In this document: piece after piece, positions 12,405-23,359 of the stretch | Numbering within the stretch: position 1 is the first letter of the stretch | How the letters are laid out: every line of letters starts with the position of its first letter | DNA from: Heptranchias perlo | Taxonomy: Eukaryota | Reading direction: 5' to 3' | DNA length: 64,000 nt | Assembly: GCF_035084215.1 (NCBI RefSeq) | Contig: NC_090357.1 | Coordinates: forward strand, 17,174,001 to 17,238,000 | Notes under the pieces: model-generated | Told to the model about the DNA's origin: nothing | Seen by the model: only the letters and a program-made list of their open reading frames with translations | Databases searched by the model: none | Translations under genes and position numbers: made by a program

Positions 12405-12740
12405 GATAGATACAGATGAGGAAGGCCATTTGTCCCATTTTAGCTCACCAATCTTGAAAGACCTACAGTCCCCTCATTACAGTGTCCAATTATTTCTTAA
12501 ATATTCCCAGGGTTTTTTCTCCACATCCTATTCGTTGTGTTGATCACTCTGCGTGAAGAAGAACTTTCTAACATCAGTCCTAAATTTGCCTTTCACTAGT
12601 TTACACCTGTGTCCTCTTGTCTTATTATCACAGTTTAATGTGATGCTGTGTTCCAGAATTACCTTTTCAATACTGTTTACTATCTTTGTAGGTACCTCTT
12701 AAGTTGTTCTTTCATTCACCTTTCAAAGCTGAAGTGTTAC
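12405..12740 (-). mobile_element. Old CR1 3' fragment
   Basis: Degenerate ATCACTCTGCGTGAAGAAGAACTTTC and related CR1 C-terminal motifs in antisense; boundaries approximate. Confidence 0.5.
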
Positions 12741-13442
12741 AGATCAGGTCTAGGAGGGCTTTCTGAGGGCTGGTATTTTCTTTTTCACCCTTATTCTCTC
12801 ATTGCATATGTTGACTAACTGCCCAGATCTACCTAGGTCTGGAGAGCTGTGAGAATGTAGACCTTTCCATATGCTCCATTCAGAAACGGTCTAAGAAAAT
12901 TGATTGCACGTTTCAGATGCAAACACATTATTGAAAATGTTTGTAACATTGGAGGGCATACTTGATAATGTACATCAGATATAATTTAACATTACCTTTT
13001 TAAATGACTAAACATATAGCAATATTGCTGTCAGCTTCAGTACTGGACAAACCAATTGGGTAGAAGTGAGATTGTTCAGATACAGACTGTTTTTCAACAT
13101 ACATCCTGCAACTGAGATAAGTTGGCCGTGAACTTTTCCAAGACCACATTTGGGGGTGATTCTTGATTGTTCAGTAGGAGGTGCTATTCAAGTTGCATGA
13201 TAATTCTTTTGCCACTGAGCGTGAACTTCCCCAATACTACCTCCTGGATGTGTCTATGAACCCAGCTGAGAATTGACAAAATGCAACTTTGAGTGCAGGC
13301 CGCCAAGTTTAGAGAGGAACACCCTGTGATTTGCATTTGAATCCTTCAGCATTCAACTGGTTGAGCTGCAGAGCCACTCCATGGCTTGGTTGGCACAAAA
13401 TACAAAAATGACCTATTTTCTATCATGGCCAATCTTTATCCA

Positions 13443-13536
13443 TGATGTGGAGATGCTGGTGATGGACTGGGGTTGACAAATGTAAAGAATCTTACAACAC
13501 CAGGTTATAGTCCAACAAATTGTTGGATTATAACCT
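13443..13536 (-). mobile_element. Very short Penelope-like 3'-end insertion with terminal hairpin
   Basis: Same tail family; hairpin 13502-13536 (17-bp arms, one mismatch); TSD AATCTTTATCCA at 13431-13442 and 13537-13548. Confidence 0.8.
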
Positions 13537-14664
13537 AATCTTTATCCAAGTTAGCACAAAATCAAACTAGAACAAACTTTGGCGTTTCTAGTTTAATTTT
13601 GATTTTTACATCCAGCCCTGTCCACAGCTCCTTGCTGCTCTTCCAAAAGCAACTGATTCTTCACTAACCAATCCTACCACTGGTAAAATGTCACAGGTCA
13701 TCAGCCATGATTTTTTGTGCTGTTGTTTAGTTTCAAGACATCCCAATCCCACCCAACACTGAAGTCAAATAGTTGCATTTTTATCACAATTTATAGTGCC
13801 TTTAACATAGTAAAATGTCCCAAAGCGCTTGCATCAATTTTGAAACTACAGTTTGTCACACAAAATGCTCTATCTTGTCTAAACTCTTAGAATTCCTTGC
13901 CTTCAGATGCACCAGCCAGCTGCATTGTGGAGTGTGACAGAAGATAATAAATCAGAAGATCCAAAGAGTATGCAATAGTTTGGCACAGTATTCTCATGAA
14001 GCATATAAATGATATCTGAAAATTGATCACAAGAGATTGGTCTAAGCTCTAACTTGTTGTGATGGTGGAAAATATTCTTAGTTAACGTGATTAAATAAAA
14101 ATATTTAAATGAATAACTTAATTTATCAAAGTAACAATATTTTGAGAAGTTAATTACAGAAGTTAATTGTACTGGAGATTTGCTAAAATGTTACTACTGT
14201 GTTTTGCAGTCTTCAATAAATTTCAAAAACCCTAACAATTGACTAGGAGAATGTCAAATCTTTATATTTAGAGGACAAGGAAATATAACTTATACACCAC
14301 ATTTTACAGTGTACAAAATAAAATGCCAAATAATAGAATATAGAGGTCAATGAGTTGAAGAGCAGAGCTTCTAAAGCTCTTCACAAAAATGAGTGAGAGA
14401 CTTAACACCAATGGTGATAGATAAGCTAAATAGTTCATAGAGGGGTTCAGATTACATCATAAACTGCGAGATCAAGTTATTTATAAACCTTATTGAAACC
14501 CAAGAACTCTTTCCCTAGGTATCTGTTTAACATGTTTTATTTATTTTTATTTATAAAAGACAACCCTGGCTTCTTAGAGTTGGGAGAGTTTCATTGGGCT
14601 CGATTTTAGGGTCGGGTTTCCGGCGGGTTTCCAGCGGGGGGGCCCCGAAAATCCCGATCTCCGA

Positions 14665-14719
14665 TCACGTGACCGGATTCGGACGAAATCCCGGCCACTT
14701 CCGGGTACCGCGCTGACGT
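14665..14719 (+). promoter_or_regulatory. Candidate transposase promoter motifs (E-box, ETS, CRE half-site)
   Basis: TCACGTGA 14665-14672, CACTTCCGG 14696-14704 and TGACGT 14714-14719; all three are retained in the copy at 29159-29213. Confidence 0.4.
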
Positions 14720-15128
14720 GCGGGGCTGCGCGCGCAAGCCCCGCTGGTGGGAATCCCGCAGGCAATTAAAGCCAGCGGGGTTCCACTTGAGAGCACTTAA
14801 CTTGCTCGTTGTGGTCAGTTAATGAGCTGAAGCAGCTGTCAAAAGAGGAAGTGTGGGATTTTACGGTCAAAGCAGTCAGTTTCCCACACTGGGGGAAACA
14901 GGACCCTTCAAACCAGGCGTGTTGCAGCCAGCAGCCTGTGCCAGGTGCCAAGGTGCGCTCCACGGGGGAGCGCCCTCACCCACGCAGGAGGCCACCGCGT
15001 CACATAGGGCAACCCCTGCCCTCCACCAACCCCCGCCAAGCCAGAGGACAGACCGACACGAAACCGCAGCCCCAGTCCGAGGACCCACCCACCTACCCTG
15101 CACAACCCCTCACACCAACACCTGCCAG

Positions 15129-16388
15129 ATGGGTGGTGCGTTGACATCGTCGGAGGACGAACAGGATGACCAGCCCCAGCAGCCTCACAGTCCACGCCGT
15201 CCGCCTCGGAGAGGTGGGGCCCCCCAACACGGTGCTGCGGCACACCCACCTGCACAGCAGGAGGGAGGGCAACCGCAGAGAGAGATGCGTCGCAGGAGGC
15301 ACTACCCTCCGCACAGGGTGTACAGAGCGAGGCTCAGCTTCATGGACCTCTCCGAGGAGCAGTGCATACGGAGGCTCAGAGTCAATCGCCAGGTAGTCGC
15401 CGACATCTGCAGCCTCCTTAACGACGAGCTGCTCCCTGATGGACCAAGCAGCATCTTCTTACCTGTCGCCGTCAAAGTCACCACTGCCCTCAACTTCTTC
15501 GCATCTGGTTCCTTCCAGGGTGCCACCGGGGACATCACCGGGGTCTGTCAGTCCTCTGCACACAAGTGCATAAGGCAGGTCACCGATGGGTTGTTCCGCA
15601 GGGCCTCCCACTACATCAACTTCGCCATGGACGAGCGCAGCCAGATGGAGAGGGCGGTTGGATTCCATGCCATGGCCGGCTTCCCACGGGTGCAGGGTGT
15701 AATCGACTGCACCCACATCGCAATACGGGCACCTCCGCATGAGCCAGGGCTGTTCATCAACAGGAAGGGGTATCACTCCATGAACGCCCAGCTCATCTGT
15801 GACCACCGCCAGAGATTCCTACACGTGTGCGCCAGATACCCCGGCAGCTGCCACGATGCCTTCGTCCTCAGGGAGTCCGCCGTCCCGCCCATCCTGCAGG
15901 CACCCAACGCCGGCAACGGCTGGCTCCTCGGCGACAAGGGGTATCCCCTCCACACGTGGCTCATGACACCTCTGAGGAACCCCATCACCGAGCCGGAGCG
16001 TCGGTACAATGACAGCCACACTGCTACCAGGTCTACAATTGAGCAGACCATAGGGCTTCTCAAGATGCGCTTCAGGTGCCTTGATCGTTCTGGGGGAGCG
16101 CTCCAATACACACCATTCAGAGTGGGACGAATCATAGTTGTCTGCTGTGCCCTGCACAACATGGCCCAACAGAGAGGGGTGCCGCTGGAGGAGGCCCCAT
16201 CCACACCCGCCACCCACATTGAGGAAGGCGAGGGCGAGGAGGAGGAGGAGGAGGAGGAGGAGGAGGAGGAGGCGGAGGAGGAGGAGGAGGACGCGCCCGA
16301 GGATGTTGGACGACCCATGCGCCGAGCCGCGACTCACCGGGATGGTCGCCGGGCCAGGGACGCACTCATACGTCAACGGTTCTCCTAG
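15129..16388 (+). CDS. Harbinger DDE transposase (HARBI1-like, DDE_Tnp_4 type), about 419 aa
   Basis: Catalytic motifs IDCTH, GDKGY and [15 protein letters not shown]. First in-frame ATG at 15129; the ORF track extends to a GTG at 14853. Confidence 0.92.
   Translation: MGGALTSSEDEQDDQPQQPHSPRRPPRRGGAPQHGAAAHPPAQQEGGQPQREMRRRRHYPPHRVYRARLSFMDLSEEQCIRRLRVNRQVVADICSLLNDELLPDGPSSIFLPVAVKVTTALNFFASGSFQGATGDITGVCQSSAHKCIRQVTDGLFRRASHYINFAMDERSQMERAVGFHAMAGFPRVQGVIDCTHIAIRAPPHEPGLFINRKGYHSMNAQLICDHRQRFLHVCARYPGSCHDAFVLRESAVPPILQAPNAGNGWLLGDKGYPLHTWLMTPLRNPITEPERRYNDSHTATRSTIEQTIGLLKMRFRCLDRSGGALQYTPFRVGRIIVVCCALHNMAQQRGVPLEEAPSTPATHIEEGEGEEEEEEEEEEEEAEEEEEDAPEDVGRPMRRAATHRDGRRARDALIRQRFS
16236..16289 (+). 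repeat. (GAG)n coding microsatellite, poly-Glu
   Basis: (GAG)12 GCG (GAG)5 in the transposase C-terminus. Confidence 0.9.
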
Positions 16389-16609
16389 AGTCAGACACTG
16401 CGAGGCGCTCGCATCTCCTCACCTGCACATGCGAGCGGCCATACCAGCCCCCTCCACTGAAGAGTGCTGCCAGTAATCCTGCACCCACAGCAGTGTGCCC
16501 AATGGGTGGCAGCAGGTGTTCGCCGTCATGATGGCCTCCACGGAACGCAACTACTGCACAAGCCGCGGAAGAATGGACGAGAGGTGGCAGGAGTGGTGAG
16601 AATAGACTA

Positions 16610-16661
16610 TTTAATATGTGGAATGTGACATCATTTAAGAAACAAAGTACAAAATAATAAA
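16610..16661. terminator. Candidate opposed polyadenylation signals of the two Harbinger genes
   Basis: AATAAA on + at 16656-16661 and ATTAAA on - at 16610-16615, in a short AT-rich patch between the two stop codons. Confidence 0.5.
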
Positions 16662-16685
16662 CACCCTGGTGTATTCCCTTTGTGA

Positions 16686-17683
16686 TTATAAGGCCTTTGG
16701 AATTCTTCTCCGGGAACCCCTACGTGGTGCTACCCCTGTGGCTCCAGCAGAGGTAGTGGCAGGTTGCTCGTCTTCTTGCCTTGACCGGGTAGATGCTTTT
16801 GGCGGACGGCCCCTGGGTTTCGGTGCCCGTGAGGGCACCTCCACAGACTGCTCCTCCTGCACCGGGGCAGGGGCAGACTCGGCCACCTGGAGAGGAGGCA
16901 CCATTGCGGGTGCTGGTTGAGAGGTGGGCGACGGGTGGGACGTGGGGACGCCTTGAGAGGCGTCCCCGCTTCCATGTCCCCGGTCACCATCATCCCTCTC
17001 TTGGCCTCGGCCCACATCACCCCTTCCACCCTGCTGGACGGCAGTTTGGATGGCATGTGTGAGGCCTTGCAAGGCCACCCCTAGTGTATCCCTCAGCCTG
17101 TTGGTGGCGTCGGAATGTTGCTCACCCTGAATCCGTACAGACGTTGTGAGGGCCTGCAAGGACTCGAAGTGGAGCTGTGCGTGACGCTCGAGGGAGGCCA
17201 GCCTGTCCTCCACCGCAGACAGTCCCGCACCTACCCGCGACACTGTGTCGCCGGTACCCTCCTGTGCCTGCGCCACCAATGCCCACATGCAGGAGGTGGA
17301 CTCCTCCATCGCCTGCGCTATTGTGGACAATGCGCGCGGCACCTCTGCCAGCACCTCAGCAATTAGCTGGTGGCCCTCGACGACTCTCCTTTTCTCTGGT
17401 GGCCCCCTGGGTTCAGCATCTGGGTCCGGCTGAGCAGAGCCTGGAGATGAGTGCTCCCTCCGTCGCGGACCCTCCGCGGCTGCCCCTGCCACCAGGGTCT
17501 GCTCATGCTCACTCGTGCGCAGTGACTCACCAAGTGCTACCCCAACTAGTTGGCGAGGGGGACCCACCGAGGTGCGTGTCTCTGCGCTGGTGGATGGTTG
17601 GCTCTGATGTGACGATGCACCCTCAGAGACCGCCATGTCCTCTGAGGAATCGCCCTCCATGCTCGCTTGATCCAAAGACGCAC
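16686..17683 (-). CDS. Harbinger Myb/SANT-like protein, exon 3
   Basis: Acceptor TTCTCTTGCAG before 17683; a phase-1 join puts it in frame with ORF 16686-17762 (GASLDQ...); coiled-coil-like middle and basic C-terminus. Confidence 0.8.
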
Positions 17684-17799
17684 CTGCAAGAGAACAGAGG
17701 GCACTTTGAGGCATGTGGACCAACTTGACAGTGCGCCTGATGGCAGGTGATGATACGGTCACTCGCGATCATGGGTGTTGAGTGTCAGCTTTCCCTTAC

Positions 17800-17959
17800 C
17801 GCCCATTTCGGCAGCGACACACTCGCCATCGGCCACCGACAGGCAATGTCGCGTGCGGGCGAGGTCGAGCGCCTCCACCTCTGCGTCGGTGAGCTCCACC
17901 ACTTGCGGCGGCCCACCTCCGGTGCGTGCCCTTTCGCGGTTGTTCTTGCTCCTCTTCTC
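17800..17959 (-). CDS. Harbinger Myb/SANT-like protein, exon 2
   Basis: Acceptor TTGCCTTCACAG, donor GTAAGG; 160 nt encoding EKRSKNNRERARTGGGPP..., a motif typical after the Myb/SANT domain. Confidence 0.85.
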
Positions 17960-18285
17960 CTGTGAAGGCAAAACACAGATGTGTGAGTGGGTGCGTCTTG
18001 CATCGTGAGACGCATCGAGCATCGGTGTGGTTGGGTTGAGCGTGGCGCGGAACGGATGGGAGGAAGTGTGGGCCACGTGCCCATCCCATTGCATGGGGAT
18101 TGGGGTGTGTGGTAGTGTTCGGGTGGGGTCAGGGACGGTGGGTACTTGCGTGCACGGCGAGGATGGTGAATGAGTGGCTGTGAGGATTGCTGATGGAGCG
18201 CAGTGGTGGCTGTGCAGGAGGGGGTTGTGATCTGCTTGGCGTGATGGTGGGGACGGGATGTGGGAGGGTGCGTTGGTGTACTCAC

Positions 18286-18525
18286 CTTGCCAGACCTAGT
18301 CAGGTCATTGAAGCGCTTGCGGCACTGCTCCCAAGTCCTTGGGGTGTTGCCCCTGCTGCTCACCTCCGCCGCCACCTCTGCCCATGCCTTCCTGGTTGCG
18401 GCGGCAGGGAACTTGCGCCCATCCTCAGGGAAGAGTGTTTCCCTCCTCCTCCTCACGCCCTCCAGCATCAGCTGCAGTGCCAGATCTGAAAAACGGGGCG
18501 CAGCCTTTCCCCTTGGTTGAGCCAT
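18286..18525 (-). CDS. Harbinger Myb/SANT-like DNA-binding protein, exon 1
   Basis: 80 codons: PRFSD..L..AWAEVAAEV..RTWEQCRKRFNDL; donor AAG/GTGAGT. Spliced total 240+160+998=1398 nt, giving 465 aa plus stop. Confidence 0.9.
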
Positions 18526-18608
18526 TCTCCCAGACCTCTTGCTTGCAGCAGGAGGGGCTTTGGGAGACTGCCCCTTTAACTGGAGCTCCTACATCGCGTC
18601 GACGGTAC

Positions 18609-18620
18609 TGCGCATGCGCA
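18609..18620. promoter_or_regulatory. NRF1-type palindrome upstream of the Myb gene
   Basis: TGCGCATGCGCA about 85 bp upstream of the ATG; identical at 178-189 and 27397-27408. Confidence 0.5.
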
Positions 18621-18999
18621 GCCGGCCGGCACGCAGCTGGGGAGCGCAGAACCCGGAAGCAGGCCTTAATGGGTCCAATTATCCCGCGATCGCGTGGGGG
18701 ACGCGAACAATTACCCGTCCGCGTTTTCGACGCTCCCGGAGGACCACCCGCTGGGAACCCGCAGGCCTGCTAAATTCGAGCCCATTGTGTCTGTGATACA
18801 AAGGAGCATTAACAGTCTTTATCACATCAGTATTGCAGCATTACCAGTGAATAATTTGATGAGTGTGACGGGGTGTTGTCTGTAGTGCATGGAAAGTAGA
18901 CACCTGGGAGTGAGTTGTAAGCCTGTAATCTAAATAAAAAGATAACTGAAGAGAAATTCTTTGTACCATATATCTTAGAAAGTGCTTATTATTTTGCAG

Positions 19000-19830
19000 C
19001 TAGTTCCCCAATGCTCTGGTGGTCAAAGGCATTGCCAATATATCACAAAGCCATACACATCAGAAGTTCCCAATGTCAATTTCCAATTTGTTCTGAATTA
19101 GTTGATGTTATCTGGGTACAATTAGCCTCAACATCATTGGGCTAAGGAGGAGAAATCATCCAGGGTACCCACTCCTGATTGCACCTGTGGACATCAGGTG
19201 AGAACACTACTTGTCTGGGATATAAGTGTTGGCTGTGGCTCAGTTGGTAGCACTCTCGCCTCTGAGTCAGAAGACCGTGGGTTCAAGCCCCACTCCAGAG
19301 ATTTGAACACAAAATTTAGGCTGACACTCCACTATAGTACTGAGAGAGTGCTGCATTGTTGCACGTGCTGTCTTTCGGATGAGATGTTAAACCAAAGCCC
19401 CGTGTGCCCTCTCAGGTGGATGTAAAAGATCCTACGGCACTATTTCGAAGAAGAGCGGGGGAGTTATCCCTGGCGCCCTTTTTTCATAGTTTGTCCTTTA
19501 ACTAACATCACTAAAACAAATCATCTGGTCATTATCAGATTGCTGTTTGTGGGAGCTTGCTGTATGCAAATTGACTGCTGCGTTTCCTACATTACAACAG
19601 TGACTGCACTTCAAAAATACTTCATTGGCTGTAAAGCACTTTGGGACGTCCTGAGGTAGTGAAAAGCACTATATAAATGCAAGTCTCTCATTTTCTTTCT
19701 ATAATACCCTGAATAGTCAAACACCCTGCAACATTCTCCATTTAGGCTCACACATGAAGAGTGGCCACTTGGGCAAGATACTGGAACAAGAGTCAGTGCT
19801 TTAGGAGATTAGAGAAGAAAATTGGGGAAT
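19000..19830 (+). mobile_element. Old tRNA-derived SINE (AmnSINE2-like by recall), split by a Deu SINE
   Basis: 5' part to about 19205; resumes at about 19705 (TAGGCTCACACATGAAGAGTGGCCACTTGGGCAAG). Similar degenerate copies near 20340-20715, 23360-23945, 26975-27150 and 30940-31280. Confidence 0.5.
19231..19700 (+). mobile_element. Full-length Deu-domain SINE with tRNA-like head
   Basis: A box TGGCTCAGTTGG, B box GGTTCAAGCC, Deu core and LINE-derived tail. Confidence 0.85.
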
Positions 19831-20780
19831 TTTGTTTTTAAACTGTGGCTGAGCCATTATTGCACCCAGTATAAGGCAAAACACTTCTCTAGGAGGATGT
19901 TTACTGTCTGTATTTTGTTGGTGTTTCTCGTAAAATCCTGCAATAATCTACATTAATCCATTGACATATTTGAATCTGAGTGTATTATGATTTATTGGTT
20001 TATAGATTCAAGTGGCATTACAAATCAAAAGAACAAAGCTTAATCATTTTTAAACATCTGAACCCCAAGGTGTGATTCTTGAAGTCACCCCATGGCACAT
20101 ATTGTTTTGAATAATATATACTCTATATAATTGTATAAATGATGATCAAATGTGTCACATCATCATTGTAAATCTAGTGAGTGAAAAATAGTAATGATTG
20201 CTAGACTATAACATGTCTAATATTTAACAGGAAATAAATGGCTCTAGTGGTTTATCCAGGCAACTGCCCCATAGTGTGTTTGCAGCTTTATAGCATATTC
20301 CTGAAAGTCACTTTTTAAAAGAAATTTCCCATTCCAGTTGTTCCTTCTTTCAGTTTTCCTCCTCTACCCACTTCTGGAGACTGAATCATGCTGGATAACA
20401 GCTCCAGGAGCAACAATGGCTTCCATCCCCCCACCATTGTTGGCTATTCCTCAGGGTGAGTGAGTCCTGACAGGCTGTTGGACTATGAGAGCCATCACCA
20501 TTCCTGGCCATGCTTTTTGCACACATGAATGCACTTCTCATCCATGTATGCAATTCCCAAAGGGGTCACTAGATTGCAATCAAGAGTGAGACCCGAGTTT
20601 TTTTTTGCAGCTCAGGTCTGCTGACGAGTAGCAGCTGTAGTATGTCAGCTGCAGTGAAATCAGCCAACTTAGAACAGACCAGTTATTGATCCTGGGATCT
20701 CCCTTGGCCTATAAATCAGTAACCCAGTTCTATTTTTGGAAGCTGTTGCATTTTTTAAATTATAACATACATAGTTTGAT

Positions 20781-21037
20781 ATTTAGAAGAGCAGGGGAAT
20801 TATCCCCGGTGTCCTGGCCAACATTTATCCATCAACCAACACCACTAAAAAAACCCAGATTTCTGGTCATTATCACATTGCTGTTTGTGAGAGCTTGCTG
20901 TGCACAAATTGGCTGCTGCGTTTCCTACATTACAACATTGACTACACTTCAAAAGTACTTCATTGATTGTAAAACGCTTTGGGACGTCCTGAGGTCGTGA
21001 AAGGTGCTATATAAATGCAAGTTCGTTCGTTTCTTTC
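20781..21037 (+). mobile_element. Deu-domain SINE, 3' half
   Basis: Aligns by eye with 19441-19690. Confidence 0.8.
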
Positions 21038-21351
21038 TAGCTTGCTTTTTTTTTATATACCATTTTAGTACTTTCCCATCAGACTCTATCTCTAGTTATT
21101 GTTAAGTGCTGCCATTATGGTTACAGTCTTTTTCATGAACTCTTTGTCACTTTGGTTGTGAGAATGGGGAGTTTTATAACATGAAGATGCTGTAATGAAT
21201 TAGAGTAATAATTTTCTGAATGAATTTAACATTTTGGAGGTTTCTGAATGCTATTCTATTTAATGAGATTGGTGATTTTGCATTATTATATGCATGGCTG
21301 CCAGCTTCCTATCTGTTAAATCAACAGATAAAATTAATGTTCATTTTACAG

Positions 21352-21740
21352 AATCAGAATGTTACAACATTGGTACAGGCTATTTGGCCCAACAGGTCTG
21401 CGCCAGAGTTTTTTTTCCATGAGCCAACTGGTCTAATTTTACTTTCCGACTCAATCCCCAGACCTTTTAATATTCCTCTTTCCAAGCAACTATCTAATTC
21501 CCTTTTAAAGGGATTTATAACACAGTTTCAATAACAGCTTGTGGCAGAGAATTCTACACTATAACCACATTTCGTGCAAAGATTTATTTTTAACCTCCTC
21601 TTTAATTTTTTTTTGTGATCATCTTAAATTTGTGCCCCCTTGTTACCATCTCCTGACCAGTGAAACAGTTTATCACTATGCAATTGTAATTCTTCAAAAT
21701 CTTGAAGACCTTTATCAGGGCAACCATTAACCTTCTTGGC
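21352..21740 (-). mobile_element. Old CR1 3' fragment
   Basis: Degenerate antisense CR1 3' UTR and ORF2 end; boundaries approximate. Confidence 0.5.
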
Positions 21741-21804
21741 TCTAATATGAGCTAGTCTTGCTGGTAGTGCTCTTGTCTCAGAAAGTCGTGGGTTCAGGCC
21801 CCAG

Positions 21805-22940
21805 GACGTAGGGACATAGGAACAGGAGTAGGCCATTGAGCCCCTCGAGCCTGTTCCACCATTCAATGAGATCATGGCTGATCTGTGACCTAACTCCAGA
21901 AACCCGCCTTAGCCCCATATCCCTTAATACCTTTAATTAACAAAAATCTATCAATCTCAGATTTAAAATTAACGATTGAGCTAGCATCAACTGCTGTTTG
22001 AGGAAGAGAGTTCCAAACTTCTATCACCCTTTGTGTGTAGAAGTGTTTCCTAACTTCACTCCTGAAAGTCCTGGGTCTAATTTTTAGGCTATGTCCCCTA
22101 GTCTTAGGCTGCCCAACCAGAGGAAATAGTTTCTCTCTATCTACCCTATCAGTTCCCCTTTAATGTCTTGAAAACTTCAATCTTATCACCCTTTAATCTT
22201 CTAAATTCCAGGGAATGCAACCCTAGTTTGTGTAATCTCTCCTCGTAATTTAACCTTTGGAGTCTAGGTATCATTCTAATAAATCTACGCTGCGCTTCCT
22301 CCAAGGCCAATATATCCTTCCTAAGGTGCGGTGCCCAGAACTGAACACAGTACTCCAGGTGTGGTCTAACCAGGGCTTTGTATAGCTGTAGTATAACTTC
22401 TACCCCTGTGTATTCTAGTCCTCTAGATATAAAGGCCAGCATTCCATTAGTCTTTTTGATTATTCTCTGTACCAGTTTTAATGATCTATGTACATGGATG
22501 CCGAAGTTTCTTTGGACCCTCCACTGTTTCGAGCTTTTCACCATTTAGAAAGTACTCTGATCTATCCTTTTTAGGTCCAAAGTGGATGACCTCACAGTTA
22601 CCGACATTGAAATCCATTTGCTACAGTTTTGCCCATTCACTTAATTTATTAATATCTCTCTGTGATTTTATGCTTCCATCTACACTGCTTACAAGGCTGC
22701 CTATCTTCGTGTCATCATCAAACTTGGATATATGATTCTCTATCCCATCGTTTAAGTCGTTAATAAATACAGTGAATAGTTAGGGCCCCGACACAGATCC
22801 CTGTGGGACACCACTAGTCACATCCTGACAATTTGAGTACCTGCCCATTATCCCTACTCTCTGTCTCCTGCCACTCAGCCAATTTCCTAACCAGGTCAAT
22901 AATTTGCCCTCAATTCCATTAACTTCAACTTTAGCCAGTT
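21805..22940 (-). pseudogene. CR1 LINE 3' portion (RT region), decayed
   Basis: ORF 22149-22544 (LYKALVRPHLEYCVQFW) is homologous to 5988-7274; 3' UTR at about 21810-21900. Confidence 0.85.
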
Positions 22941-23105
22941 CTTTCCTTCCTTCTGTCCTCCCTTCCCTCCCTCCCCCATTTTCTTTCTTTCCTTCTTCCC
23001 TCCCTCCCTATCCCCTTTTCTTTCTTCCTTCTTTCCTTTCCTCCTTCTTTCCTTTCCTTCCTTCATTCCTCTCCTCTTTCCTCCCTTTCTTTCTTCACTT
23101 TCTTT
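22939..23105. repeat. Polypyrimidine/polypurine low-complexity tract (CTTT/CCTT)
   Basis: About 165 bp almost entirely C/T. Confidence 0.9.
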
Positions 23106-23359
23106 ATGTAAAAGGCCTACCTTCTCAAGTATCTTTTCAAGACTATAATCCCTCATTCCTAGTAAATCTACGCTGCACCTATTTCCGTTGCTTTTATATC
23201 CTTCCTATAATGGGGAGTTTACAATTACACATAATACTCCAAATGCAGCCTAACTTAAGGTCTGTACGAGTTAATTACAAAACTGAATTGTGTCAGACCA
23301 TTAAAATGATCTTATAGTTACATGAACTTAAGCTACATCAAAGTTGCTTTTTTTTCTCC

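Larger units (their letters stand above)
14596..18783. mobile_element. Full-length, apparently intact PIF/Harbinger transposon (4188 bp)
   Basis: TIRs GGGCTCGATTTTAG and CTAAATTCGAGCCC (13/14 match); TSD ATT at 14593-14595 and 18784-18786; two convergent open genes; CpG-rich relative to its flanks. Confidence 0.95.

Noticed and set aside
14853-15128. N-terminal 92-aa extension of the transposase
   Set aside because: GTG start, low-complexity sequence and not evidently conserved in the other copies; probably 5' UTR or intron.
15129-16388. Host HARBI1 gene
   Set aside because: It lies between TIRs and a TSD, with a Myb partner and related copies nearby, so it is a transposon gene.
15773-16476. 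Alternative-frame poly-Ser, poly-Leu, poly-Pro and poly-Arg ORFs
   Set aside because: Shadow frames of the GC-rich transposase and its GAG repeat.
17785-18285. 246-aa single-exon reading of the Myb ORF
   Set aside because: Similarity ends at a consensus donor; the remainder is intron read-through.
19231-19300. tRNA gene
   Set aside because: It is the tRNA-derived head of a SINE and runs straight into the SINE body.
22896-23317. Lys/Glu/Gly-rich and Phe/Leu/Pro/Ser-rich ORFs
   Set aside because: Translations of the pyrimidine microsatellite.
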